Both the position numbers and the translations under genes were made by a program. From the NCBI RefSeq assembly GCF_009914755.1, contig NC_060925.1: a stretch of DNA of 64,000 bases. One strand, given 5' to 3'. Of the stretch, positions 41,960 to 55,325 are shown one piece after another. Every line of letters starts with the position of its first letter. The first letter of the stretch is position 1. Under the pieces are notes generated by a model that made no database searches, was not told the DNA's origin, and saw only the letters and a program-made list of their open reading frames with translations. Origin of the DNA: the human T2T-CHM13v2.0 reference genome, Homo sapiens.

Positions 41960-42270
41960 CTTTCCCTACTGGCCCATTCTCATCTTCCAGGTCTTGGGCT
42001 CAAAAGTCACCTCCTCCGAGAGGCCTTCCTTGACTACTCTACCAAAGGCAGGACCCCTGCATCGCTTCCTTCCTATCACATCACCTTGTTTTCCCTTTGT
42101 AGCATCTGTAATCATTTTAGTTACTTTTATACTTATTTAATATCTACCGCTCCCAATTGGACTCTAAGGTCTAACTGAGGTTTTCCTCTTCACTATTTCC
42201 ACCTACCTAGTGCAAGATCTGGCACTTGGATACATGATGGGTACCTGGATAAATGTGTGGAAAAAATGGA
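41960..42270 (+). mobile_element. L2 3' relic
   Basis: ggctcaaaagtcacctcctccgagaggccttccttgac...cctagtgcaagatctggcac. Confidence 0.7.
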
Positions 42271-43320
42271 AGATGCATAGGGAAAAACAAGGACCAATTT
42301 TTATTGATAATATCTTTCTCTATTTCCGAACTGACAGCTTCCTCTGAAACCTTTCCAACTAAATGCTATGGTTGTAATGAATGACAAGTTTGGGAGCTGC
42401 AGTCCCTTGAGTCATAGCAAAGAGTTGGAGAGAACAGACAGATCTATAATGAAGTTGTCACTTTTTCTCAAATCAACGCAGAACATAATGTGGAAGCAGG
42501 TATAGCCTCTCCCATCTTGCACCAAAGGACGTGAAGAAGTGAGCCCAAGTGAACAGGCAAGTAGGTGTCTCAAGTGGGGGTTTCTGAATATTTCCTCAGA
42601 AGACAATACACATGGAATCTCAAAGATGAGTCGAGATATGTGTCAATAACACTGAAACAGACATGTATCCTGCCCAGAGGTTGAGTGGATGAAATTGTCT
42701 AACATTCAGGAAACTCTAAGAATAAAGGTTAGATTCCAGGTGTAACAAGAATGTGTTAGCTGATCATTTTTGTTGGACTCCATGAAATTACATGGCAAAT
42801 GGTGTGTACAAGTGTCCATATACAATGATCTAGGAAGAGGGATCAGAGGTTTTATCATATTTTCAAAACAGTCTATGATCTCCAAAAAAGGCAAAAGACA
42901 GCTACTCATAGGTGCTTTTATGGGGAAGGTCATATAGGTCATAAATCTATAGAAACCAAAGGTAAAATTGTATCTTACTTCTTGATCACCACGAGCCACC
43001 TCTCCCCTTGCCTTGTTTTGTTTAAGGTTGAGCGACGTGAGTTGTAAGAAGGATGGTTTGATGGGGTTCAGTGTTAGCCTGGAACTGGTTGGGGTTACCT
43101 GGGTGGAGGCTGCAGCAAGGTGGGAACAAGATTGAATGTGATATTAGCTCACTGCATTTTTGTTATGTCTTTGCCTGTGTGTCCTGGCTTTTCACATCCC
43201 ATCTTGCTTTAGCTCTTGAAGGTACATTTTTCTTCAAGTTCTAGACTCAACCTTCTTAGGACCCTATCCCTGCTTGGTGCTTTTAATGATTAAACAAAGA
43301 AGCCAAGAGGAAGTAGACGT

Positions 43321-43770
43321 CGGTGTTTCACAAAGTGTGGTCTATGGACTAGCTGTGTCAAAATCATCTGGCTCGCTTGTTAGAAATGCAGATCTCTGAG
43401 CCCAAGCCTTGACCCATGAAATCAGAGTCTACAAAGGTGTGTCTCACTCTGTTGCCCAGGATGGAGTGCCGTGGTGAGATCTTGGCTCACTGCAACCTCC
43501 ACCTCCCAGGTTCAAGTGATTCTCATGCCTCACCCTCCTGAGTAGCTGGGACTAGATGTGCCTGCCACCACACCCGGCTAATTTTTTTGTATTTTTAGAA
43601 GAGACTGGGTTTCACCGTGTTAACCAGGACAGTCTCAATCTCCTGACCTCGGATCTGCCCACCTCAGCCTCCCAAAGTGCTGGGATTACAGGCGTGAGCC
43701 ACTGCGCCCAGACGGGAATCTGCACTTTTAAGAGGCTGTCTAGGTCATCATTCTGATACACAACAAAGTA
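43321..43770 (+). mobile_element. MER5A split by an Alu
   Basis: tcacaaagtgtggtc...cttgttagaaatgcagat...; resumes ggaatctgcacttttaa...ttctgataca. Confidence 0.75.
43441..43713 (-). mobile_element. AluSc-like, lacking poly(A) tail
   Basis: Begins directly at gtctcactctgttgcccagg with no T-tract; intact 5' end ...gagccactgcgcccagac. Confidence 0.93.
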
Positions 43771-45479
43771 TGAACCCTGACCCTCATATGTCCTCCAGGC
43801 TCTCAAATGTCCTCCAAGTTGGTCCCAGAATGAACAAGGCTCATCTTTGCTTACATCATTCTCCCTTCCCATTTATGCCTATCCAAACTCTGTCCATCCT
43901 TCAAGATTACCTTATCTCTCATGGCATATAAGAAGTCTTTTTTAGGCATCTCCAGCTTTCATTTGCTTTCTTTTTTATGAATCCAACATCCACAAGTCTT
44001 GCATTATTCTCTTTTCCATTTATCTGACTCTGGTCTCTTCAATGCAAATATAAGCAATAAACTCCTCAAATCCTCATTCTCTCCAGTGCGTCATTTATCT
44101 CAAGAGACAAGGAGAATGTTCAATAAACAACCCTTCCTCCAGAGTATACCCGACTCTCAAAATGTTAGCGAGCTTGTTTTAGACTCTGCTAAATAGCTCT
44201 TACCTTACCAACTTCAAGTATTGATGGTGGGGCTGTCTTGCCATTTGGAAATCACAGCTTCCTCCTAATATTTCTGTTTTCCCAAGGCTTCCCTTCCTCT
44301 GGGCATTTCCTTTTGGAGTGGTAGAAAATGGGCCCAGAAGAATTTGAATGACATTCTTCAGTTCAGAATTCATGCAAAGAGCTGTCTGGCTGCAGTAGTT
44401 TGCAAAGTGCTCAAAGAGTTTCACCTACCGATGTTCAACTTTCATCCAACATCTCCAAAGGACACTTTTCTTTGAGATTCAAAAACTTAAAGGGAAGGGT
44501 TTTAAGCTCAGCATATTCCTAAGGACCTGGTCAGGACCTTGAGAAAAGGACTTACCCCAGCTTAGACCAAAATATTCACAGGATGGCTCTGCATCTCTGT
44601 GTGCTGTTCAGCCTCTATTTCCATCCCACGAGGTCTGACTATCTTCACTAAGCTTCAATGAGCAACTGGAATTTTGGAAGCTTGCTAAAATCACATTCCG
44701 TTCTGAGGAAGTTTGGTCTATTTCTTGGCCTTATGTCAAACATTGCTATTTTTCTTTCAGAAGTCATCCATAAACACATGGACAATGAATTCATTTCAAT
44801 GCATTTCCAATGATCCAGCAGGCTTCTGAAACCGGTGAGCTTCAAATGCATTCCCAGGGGTACATCTGAGTTTCGTATAACCACTCGAAATCTCTTTTCT
44901 AGTACATGTGGCATTACCACACCACAGTCTTAAGGCATGACATAATTTACTTTTGCATTTTCCGTTCATTCTTGAACAGTTCACCGAGCTCCTGGAACTC
45001 ATAACAGAGATGTCAGCTGTGGATGTTGATGAAGCCCTAGGACTGTGTCGTCTTTCATCAGAACATTCTTTTAGAAGCCTTAAGAAGCATGATTGCTCTG
45101 CAGCCAAAGCTAGTTTTTTTTTTTTTTTAATTTTAAATAAGAAGATAGATCTATGGGCCTTTGAGAAAAGGATTCTCATTTTAAAAAATTAATAATACAA
45201 CTTGTCTCCTCTGCTTTTCCACATACTCACACATCCCTAAATTTTAGAAAGGATATGTCTGCTGCATTTTCATTCCTCTGCATCAGCTACGGTTTTGTAA
45301 CCTGGGTTGAATTCAGCATTCCTAGCTAGAAAATAGTCAGCTGAGGAAAAGACTGCCATCGTCTCTCCCACCTTGTCCAACTCAGTTAAACCCATGTCGA
45401 AAGCAGAATCTGCTTTCACTGTTGGAGGAATAAAATGCAAGCCATGATATCAACCCTACAGAAGCAGATTATATCTTGG

Positions 45480-45630
45480 AATTTAAGGATATTTTAGAGG
45501 GCCTGACAACTTCCTAAAATTGAATTCAAACATTTGAACATGTATACACTTGCATTTTTAGGGAGTGAAGATCCCTAGTTCTCACCAGATTTGCAAAGAG
45601 GTCTGTGACCCCAGAAAAGGTTGGAAAAAA
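45480..45630 (-). mobile_element. MER103-like hAT relic (similar copy at ~42770-42905)
   Basis: tgcattttt...ctcaccagatttgcaaagaggtctgtgaccccagaaaaggtt. Confidence 0.55.
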
Positions 45631-47599
45631 AACAAGCAAATACGATCCTGCAGTCAAGATCAAACATGCCCATTTGCTGAACCAAAATACAGGATGCATC
45701 AGCTGTCAAGACAATATTAATTCTGAAGACAGGGAAAGGAAAGATCTGAACTCAAGATTACCCCAGTTAATCTAGGGCATATGGCTATCTGAATTCTGGG
45801 GAATGACATAAGGGAAGTCTGCTCTCCCTTTTTTTTTTGTTTTCTTTTTTTTTAATTCATGACACTTTCACTGATCATTTGGATGGCAGGGTATCGCTAA
45901 GAACCAGGATTATAAAGATGAACAGGCCTCAGGTCTGTTTTTAACAGGCTTATAATCTATGGTAAGAGGCAAGGCATTTAATCTCCTTTGCTTCTACGAT
46001 TATGGCTCACATATGTTTGCTCTGCTCTAAGAAAAATGCATCAGAAGCACCTTAGGTTTGGCAGGTAGGGGCTCTGATGTTAACAGGATTGGGTAGAGAA
46101 GCTCTTGATGCTTCTGGAAACCCCATGAGAGTTTAGAAAACACGAACCTTGTCCTTCCCTCTGGAAAGCACTCTCATCTTTCCTGTCTGATCACTGAGCC
46201 TCCTCCCCAGTCCAGGGAGGAAACAATTTTTGTTGGAAGACATTAAATTGCTTGGCTGGCTGTTGTGGCCCTGGGTGAGATGAAGGCAGACATCGTTAAT
46301 GGAATGTGTTGTCGCATTTTTTGGTGGATTGTTTTGAAAAGTATTTCACTGGAGAACATTAGCACAGCTTGGGCAAAAGTGCTTTGTGAAAAAATTAAAT
46401 CCCCATATTTCTCTATCTCTTTCTGCAATTGCTCCCCTGATGTGCTCTCTGAAAGGGTATTTGGTAAAGGCCAATGTATTGGGGTTGACTCTGAAGGTCC
46501 GTGGACCACGCATGAGCTCAAATGCAATTGGCCATTGCTTTGTGATCCTTACCACTCAGGGCCAATGTGACAGACTCACAGCCTCTCCAACAGGCCACTT
46601 AGAAACTATGGAGAGGGATGATTCAGTAGAAAGGACATGAACTCAGGGTGGAGTGGGCTTTCTCTCCCTTTGCTCTTTCCTGATTCTAACCTATCTGGGC
46701 CTGGACAGTCATAAGACTCTGCTATGAAAAACTACCCAGTCCTTGCTGTGAAAGTCAGCAGTGCTGGGCTACTTCTTGAAAGGCAATACCTTCTGCTCTA
46801 CCATGATGTGAACCAGGCCCCAACCCCTGACCACAGGTGACAGGACATAGCCCAGGGTGTTCAGAATAATGAGCAGCCAATCGCAGACCATGAGGTGATG
46901 GGTGAGCTGGTGGGATTAGCTCTGCCCAGACAGGGCCTAGAAGTTGCCAAATTTAGCTCCAAACCAGCAGCATCTCAAAGTTCCTGGGCTCTACCTACAG
47001 AGACGCCTTCACAATCAAAGTTCATTCTTTAAAAGACAAGATAAGATTTGTTCTTCAGGCATTTGGCTCCTATCAGAGGCTTAGGTGTGAAAAATAACAA
47101 AATTTGATCTTCGTGTCCCCAATCTTTCCATTTTATTTGATGTCATGAGTGACGTCCAATTCTACCAGTGGTTCCCATTCATTTGTTCTCTGGGATCTGC
47201 TAATCTCATTTACATTCAGTCAACCCCTAAAGCACCCAGCAGAAAGCAGAGTACACAGAGGGGGATTTCATAAAGTGATGTTGACCCTTCGTGGTCCCAC
47301 AAGTTCATATGCCACTGCCTCCTCGTGAAGTCCTGCCTGATCACCTGTTGAAATGAATCACTTCTTTCCCACACCTGACACCCTCTGCACCTGTCTAAGA
47401 TAACAGTCCACTCTGCCTTGGGCATGACTTATTCACCCATGTGCTTCCCCACCATTTTTCACACCCTCCCAGTGGCATCCTAGACACTCAAGAACTGGCA
47501 TGAACTTATTGGCTAATTATAAAGTCGTTTCAGCCCTGATGTTTTGGGTTGCTTCTCCCTTTCATGATAATCACACAGCTATGGTGGACACTTCTATGG

Positions 47600-47780
47600 T
47601 CCAGACACTGTCTACATTAGGTCATGTCTACACCTATGCTACAACTCTGTGGAAGGAGATACTATCATTGTCCTCCTTTACAGACGTGGAAACTGAAACT
47701 CAAAGAGGTTAAGGGACTTCCTCCAAGACCATTATCTATGCTAGTACCAGAACTTGAACTCTAGCCTATGTAACCCCAAA
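47600..47780 (-). mobile_element. MIR SINE
   Basis: tttacagacgtggaaactgaaactcaaagaggttaagggactt. Confidence 0.75.
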
Positions 47781-47959
47781 GACAGTGCTGTTGATCTTTG
47801 TGGGACACTTCTGTTTATAGCTGCCCAAGACAGAGTCTCCATCTGAGCAATGCTTCTCACCTTTGAGTTGGAAAACAAGCCCTCATATACAAAGAGGCAG
47901 TAACGCGTAGTGGGTCGCAACCACAGGATGCTGAAAGTAGGGAGTGAATGTTTGATGAG

Positions 47960-48725
47960 AAATAGAGTGGATACAGAGTTCCACTCCCTACAAATCATTT
48001 ATTAACTACAAATGAAGAAATAGTAACTTTGCATCGAAGCAAACTGCCAAATACAATCTTGACCAAATGATCAAAGCCAACATCATCAATATTGGGACAA
48101 CAGAACATCTCATGTCTCCTACTGTGATGCGCTGAGGATACAACATCATTCTGGTCTTCCTGCCAAAAATGTGTAACTTGAACACAATCATGAGAAAACA
48201 TTAAGAACATGTCACAGAAAACTGGCCTGTGTTCTTTAAAAATTATCAAGTTCAGGAAACACAAAGAAAGACAAAGGAATTGCTCCAGATTAAAAGAGAC
48301 TAAAGGCTCTGGATTAAAGACAATTAATTGCAATGTGTACTTTCAGGTTGCATCCTGAACCAGGGGAAAAAAAATAGCTATATAGAACATTATTAGGACA
48401 ATTGATGAAATTTGAATATGGACTGTGAGTTAGATAGTATTGTTATGAAAATGTTAAATTTTCTGATTTTTGATAACTATTGAGATTATATAGGAGAATA
48501 TATTAGGAAATGCATACTGCAATATTTAGGGTTATGTGGGCACAAGGTCTCCAACTTAATTGGGTCAGGAAAACAAAATATGCATATCTATGTAAAATAT
48601 ATGCAAAGAATAATACAGCAAAGTAAAAACAGGTGGATCTGGGTAAAAGTTATATAGAAGTTTCATGAACAATTCTTGTATTTTTTCTGGAATTTCAGTT
48701 ATATCAAAATTAAAAATTGCAAAAT
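47960..48725 (+). mobile_element. L1MC4-type 3' end
   Basis: cttgaccaaatgatcaaag..aacatca...ccagattaaaagagactaaag...gaaatttgaatatggactgtg. Confidence 0.8.
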
Positions 48726-48739
48726 GTTATAGAGTAGCA

Positions 48740-48950
48740 GTTGCAAGTGTAGGTACTGAAATTGTACTGCCTGGTGTAAATCCTGGATCTGCCAAGTACT
48801 GGCTGTGTGACCTTGGGCAACATACCCAACCTCTCTGTGCCTGTTTCCTTGCCTGCAAAATGGAGATGATAGAGTACCTACCTCTTAGCATTTTCTGAGA
48901 CCTGAATGAACTAATACGCATAGACTAGAACCTCGTGCCTCATAAGCATT
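48740..48950 (+). mobile_element. MIR SINE
   Basis: ctggctgtgtgaccttgggcaa...acctctctgtgcctgtttcc...aaaatggagatgatagagtacctacctc. Confidence 0.85.
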
Positions 48951-49729
48951 CAGTCATCAGTATGGGTGAAGGTCAGTGGTTACCAATTTCTTTGATATTT
49001 TCCTGTTTGCCTGTTGTGTATGATTTCCTGGTCTGTCAGATTATTTCCAGGGTGCAGCTCTAAAGACGAGCAAATTGTTATTAGATTTGGAAGCCAGTTC
49101 ATCAAATACATGCAGTCCTCAAAGGGCACGAATGTGTTTAACAAGAATTAATGAAAAATTGGCAGCCTGATATTTTTGGCCCAGTCAAAATGTGTGGAGT
49201 CTCATTGCTAATTAAGCCTCCTCATTTTTCCTAGAGCAATGCCACCTGTAGGTTTGCCTGATTTGGGCATTTATTTTTCCAAATGGCAGCTGCCTGAAAG
49301 TTTCAGGAATCTCAGAACAATAACTGGAATTTAGGCTAGAAGAAGAAATGGGATATCCCAAAATTGCAACAGGATAAGCAACCCTTTTAAAAAAAATTGA
49401 TGGTTAGATTTTTGTCAGATGCCACCCATTTATCTAAAACTTCAATTTTAAGTCAGAGAATTATCAATTAATAAAAATTGATTTATATTTACTAGGTATA
49501 AGGCACCACACAGGATGCTGTTGGGGAATTGTAGGTAAATGAGATATGGATATTTTTTCAGTTACTACAGCAGAGGACCTCAGTGTCCAGCGTGAAGTGA
49601 CCAGAGACAGAGTGGAATGGGAGGAGGTCACAGCAGTGGCCAGGACCAGATTACAGGGGCCTTGGAGGCCACAGGGAGGAATTTGGATTTGATTCTAATG
49701 CTACAGGAATCCACTGAAGATGGCATTAA

Positions 49730-50041
<312 letters not shown>

Positions 50042-51354
50042 TGATTTATATTAAAAAAAAAAAATTCTGCAGGGACACAAGTCAAGTTCAAAGCAGGAAG
50101 ACCAGAGAGAAAGCAGCTGTTGTTCTTTAGGCAAGAGCTGGTGTTACTAGACAAGGGATGAAGCAGCAGGAAGAGATAATAATATTTTGGAGGTACAGCT
50201 ATCAGGACTTGCCAATGGCATTGGATGGGGTTGGAGCAACGGGCGGCAAGGGAAAGGCAGGAGTCAGGGATGACTCCTAGTTTTGAAAGAAAGGTTGGCT
50301 TTGAACACATGGCAGTGGGAAGAAGGATATTACAGGCAATGTGTGAGCAGAAACATGAGGTGAGAAAATGGAGCCCATGTCCAGGGAAGTAGGAGTCACT
50401 GGAATCTTTCTGGAGAATGAGGTGCAAAAAAGGAAGGTGTGGAAGATACGGTTGGAGCCAGAATGGAAAGTGCCAGACCAAAGAAAATGCATTTCTTTCC
50501 ACAGGCAGTATGGAGCCACCAGAGGATTCTAAACAGATTAGAAAACTCCCAGCAGGCCTCGGATGGTTAAAACGAGTCCACCACCTTCCTAATGACCCAT
50601 TCTTGTACTCAATGACTTAAAGAGTATTTTGCATCTAGCATAAATCTCTCTATTGGTTCCGTGGAAAACACACACGCCCACGCATTGCCTACCTCACTGA
50701 TTTTTAAAATGGTCTCAATTCCCTTTGAAGGCTGCTGGTGGGCCGACGTATGTACCAGACTATTGGCAATTTCACACATTCAAATTGCAATCTCCAACTT
50801 CTGCAAATAAAAGATCTTTATGTTCCCCAGTTGTGAAGTTTACTCGCAATTTCTATGCAGAGCGTTTCGTCTGTGCTTGCATTCAGAGGCTCTGCGAACA
50901 CATCTGCTCACTGCCACATTTAAGAATTCCCAGGAAAAAGAAGGTTTTGTTATGAAAGGCCTGGCAGCCCCATCTCTTTCCAAAGGATGCATCACAAATG
51001 CTGTGTTGGAGTGAAATTGTCACAACAGAGATACCCAATCTTGGCAGTGAAGCCAACTATTTTGAGAAGTCCAGCACCAAAGGAAGCCCACAACAATGAA
51101 CTATGTTGGTTTGGACATGAGGGGCGGTGTTTTAGAAGTTCCACTGGAGATCCATCAGAGTTGTTGTCCTGTCGATGAGATGACCTGTTTGGAGCTTCTG
51201 TGAATCATTCTGTCACTCAGTAAATATTTGAGGTGAATATGAAAGCCTTTGGTAACTGTGGAGAGAAATTCAAGAGGAGATGCTGCTGTCATCCTTGATT
51301 GAGTTGCAGGTCCAGCCTTCTCTGCTGGACCACAGGAAGAAGAGAAAAGGAATA

Positions 51355-51580
51355 TCATGGAGGGTTAAGAGCAAGCAAGATTTTGCATTCAGATAGATCT
51401 GGATCTGAGTCTAGCCCTTACCACTTATTAGCTATGAGATATTGAACCTGACCTCTTTATGTCTTGGCTTCCTTACCTGCACAATGGCATAATAAAAATT
51501 ACTTTGTGGAGTCATTGGGATCATTCAATGAGAGGATGATATAAAGCTTTATCTTACAATAAGTTCCCAATAAGATGCTT
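51355..51580 (+). mobile_element. MIR SINE
   Basis: ggttaagagc...cagatagatctgg...ccacttattagctatgaga. Confidence 0.65.
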
Positions 51581-51875
51581 AGAAATCCCCTTATATTATA
51601 ACCATGATGAAGGCAATTTCCTCCATTAAGACAGTGGACCTTACGGGGCTATAGAGATTTAGAGAAGATGGATGTATTGGTGGGGTGGAATAATCAGGAC
51701 GGCATCGTGGAGACCAGAATCAAGCCACAGGAAGTGTGTCAACAGGGCTTTCTCTCCGGTAGAGTTTGACACAATGTATTCTGAGACATGACTGACTCTG
51801 AAAGACAGAGGCCTTCCTGATTCTTTCTTGTAGTGGTTCTGTTAATAGTACTTAGCATAGTGAATTAATAAATAT

Positions 51876-51950
51876 TGGATGGATGGGGGTGGATGGATGG
51901 ATGGATGGATGGAAGGATGAATGGATAAATGGATGGGTGGATGGATGAAT
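51876..51950 (+). repeat. Imperfect (GGAT)n repeat (L2-tail derived)
   Basis: tggatggatg...ggatggatggatggatgg following taataaatatt. Confidence 0.9.
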
Positions 51951-52784
51951 AGAAAGATACAGGGAATAATATCCTAGTGAAGAGAAAAAGTAGTGCAAAT
52001 GTATGGAGGTGGGGACCAGATGAGGCATGACCATGTGGCTAATAAACTTATGATGCTTGCAGCAGGGGAAGTATGCTAGGGAACTTCAGGAAAGTAAATG
52101 CCTAGATACAAAAAGTAAATCAAGGCCCTCCATAAGCTGGGAAGAGAATTCTTACTGGATATGGAAGTCAATTGGATGCCTTCTGCTGGAGAACGGCAGA
52201 TGAAGAAAGACATGTTTGGAGAGCTGGTCTGACAACAGTGTGAAAAAAGAACTGGTGGGAATAGAAATAAGAGGGGAAAGCCATTTAGAGTATGCTACAG
52301 GGAAGCAGAGAATACAGGAAAAAATAAATGACTTTGAAGCCAGCAGACTCAGGTTCAAATCCTTGCTCAGCTGTGTGACATTAGACAAGTTACTAAATAT
52401 CTCAGAGTCTTCATTTCCTCAAAACACCTGACATATAGCCCTGTTTCTTTCTCTTTGCAGATTACTTTGGGAATATCTTTTAAATAACAATAATAACAAT
52501 TAAAGCTGTGCACTTACCTTCTAGCCGGCCCTGCGTTAGGGCTTTGCACACATTGCTTGTTTTCCCAACTTAATAGATACAACCATTCTAGGAAATAGGT
52601 AATATTATTAGCTGTTTTTAATAAAAATGGAGAAGGTGACATTTTAGGCAGTTTGATGACTTCAGCAATCTCTCTCACCTGGTAGGAGAAGCAGAATTTA
52701 AACCCAAGTTAGCCTGGTGCCTGAGCCTGCATTCATTATTTTTCTAATAAACGTTTTTATTGAAGTATAATATATAGAAACACC

Positions 52785-53229
52785 CTTGTATAATCCCCTT
52801 CTCTTTGAGTTTGTACTGGGCGTAGTAACTTGCTTCTAATGAGTAGAATATGACAAGTGATGAGATATCACTTGAATGATTGGGTTACAGAAGATGGTGA
52901 CTTCCATCTTGGTGGCACTCTCTCTGTTGCCTTCTTGGCTTGCATGCTGCCACATTGGAGAGGCCCACGTGACAAGGAAATGAGCGTGACCTCTGGCCTA
53001 TAGTCAGCAAGCAACTAAGATCCTCAGTCCTTAAAATATATCCTTCCCCAGGTGAGCCTTGAGATGAGACCACAGCCCTGGTCAACTCCTTACTTGAGGG
53101 ACTCTGGAACAGAGGACCCAGTTAAGCTATGCCTGGATTCCTGAACAACAGAAACTGTGAGATTGTAAATATTGTTTCAAGCTACTACATTTTGGGGCAA
53201 TTTGTTTGCAGCATTAGATAACTAATACA
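52785..53229 (+). mobile_element. MLT1E/F-type LTR inside an L1M fragment
   Basis: tataatcccctt...gagaggcccacgtgacaagg...cagaaactgtgagat...gataactaataca. Confidence 0.8.
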
Positions 53230-54819
53230 ACATGCATAGAGAAATGTAGACAAATCAAAATTATACAAATTGATAAATTTTCACTAATCAAGCACACCAC
53301 TGTAACCACTGATTGATCAAAGTAATTAGGAGATAAAACATTACCAGCACCCCAGAAGCTGTGCTCTATACTTCATGGTCCCCACACCTCTCCACCAGCC
53401 CCCCACCGAAAGGTTATCTCTTGACATCTAACATCATAGATTAGTTTTGCCTGATCTTGAACTCTCTGTAAATAGAATCATGTGTACTCTTTTGTCTCTG
53501 ATTTCTCACTGGAGCCTGCCTTCTTTATCACTCCTTAAACAGCTTCATCAATGGAATGAGTCAACTTCATTGTTAAGCTTGTCTTGCTATTATGTTCATC
53601 TATGCCATAAAACTAATCCTGTGTACTTATATGTTTAACTTTTCCTTTCTATGAAGGGGTGGTGTTTACGCCTTTTATAAGCCACTTAAAGTCATTAAAC
53701 TACCTTAAAGTGATCCTTTAATAATGTCCTTTGCTGCCCTAAATTCGATGGAATATCTTGGGTAAGTCACTTCACTTTTCTGGGCCAAAGTTTCTTGTGA
53801 ATAAAATTAAGTGGTTTGACCTGCTTTTGAGTTCCATCTGTGGAATCTTAAACTTGTGAAAGAAGGTTATCATCTAGATCATCATCACCCCATATTATCT
53901 CCCCTTTACTCTGGCATGTTGACAAATCTAAGTAATTTTTCAAAATCTAATTTAATTTTAACACTTCCCAAAGACATATAAAATCGGCCACATGGGATAG
54001 TGGGATATTATGAAATGAAATAAATAATAAATAGGATGTGATTTCCAAAAGGGTTGGGAATCATAAATGTAGGAAAAAAAATGATGGCTTAGCTTTTTCA
54101 AGTGGAAAATGAGGCTAATAAAGATAAATTACAATCATAATTGCCTAGTTCTAATCAGTGGCAAATTACTGGTAAGTGGGTGGCTGGGAAGTTAGTCCCA
54201 GAAAAAGTCATTTGCTCTGTGATATTAGATACAGATATGAAAATGTAACCTTGGATAAAAACACTTTAGCTCCCATGGGCTATTTCTTTCCACATCTTTA
54301 CATGTAAATACCTTCTGTTGGTTGTGTGGAGTTTGCATAACTCTGTATATGCCTGTACCTATGCCAAAAAGAGATTGCACTACTTGTAGAAAAAGGGAGT
54401 GAGCTCTCCACTTTGACCTGATCTTGCAACACCTACTGTGGTCATCTTGCAGTTAGATTTGTCAGAAACTTCTATGATAACTGTCTACTTAAAGCTGTTC
54501 AAATTTAAAACCATAAAATTTCCACTCCTTCCACATTACCCAGACTCATCACTCTGATATACTTGATCTGGCCCTGTTTATCTTCATTGACCTCATTGTC
54601 TACCATCTTTGCCTCCATTCCCTATGTCCTGGTTACATGAGATTCCTGTTGGCTTTTAAGTTTGGACAAGACACTTTCATGAGTCTAGGCCTTTTGGCAC
54701 GGGATGGGCCTTTTCTCAAAGCTCCATTCGTGAGGCTTCTTTCCACTCTACGCAGTTCTCAATCACTGCATCCTCATTCTTGTAATGACATGACATCATT
54801 CTTTCATTCTTTTTTTTGT

Positions 54820-55325
54820 TGTTTAAAAGTAAATTTTTATTAAGATACAATTTACCTACTGTAAAATTCATTCTTTTAAAGTGTAGAGGGTCAGTGGTTT
54901 CTAGTATATTCACATGGTTGTGCAATCACCATCATTATTTAATTCCAGAATATTTTCATTACTCCCCAAAAAATGTCAGAATCCATTAGCAGCCACTCCC
55001 CATTCTCCCTTCTCCCCAGTCCCTGGAAACCACTTCCCTACTTTGTGTATCTATAAATTTATCAGTTATGGGTGTTTTATATAAGTGGAATCATGTGGTA
55101 CGTGGCCTTTTGCATCTGGCTTTTTCACTCAGCATAATATTTTCAAGGTTCATCAATGCTGTATCAAAATTTCATTCCTTTATGTTGCTGAATACATGCC
55201 ATTCTATGGATATACCACATTTTGTTTATCCATTCATCAGTTGATGGACAACTGTTTTTCTTTTTCACTTTTTGGCTATTATGAATAATGCTGTTATAAA
55301 CATTCATATTCAAGTTTTGTATGAC
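54820..55325 (-). mobile_element. L1MB 3' end, inserted in L2 (+) relics at ~54470-54790 and ~55330-55485
   Basis: tagtatattcacatggttgtgcaatcacca...ttccagaatattttcat...ggatataccacattttgtttatccattcatcagttgatggaca. Confidence 0.88.

Noticed and set aside
46243-46640. Four overlapping 69-101 aa ORFs in non-repeat DNA
   Set aside because: No recognisable protein similarity or convincing splice signals.
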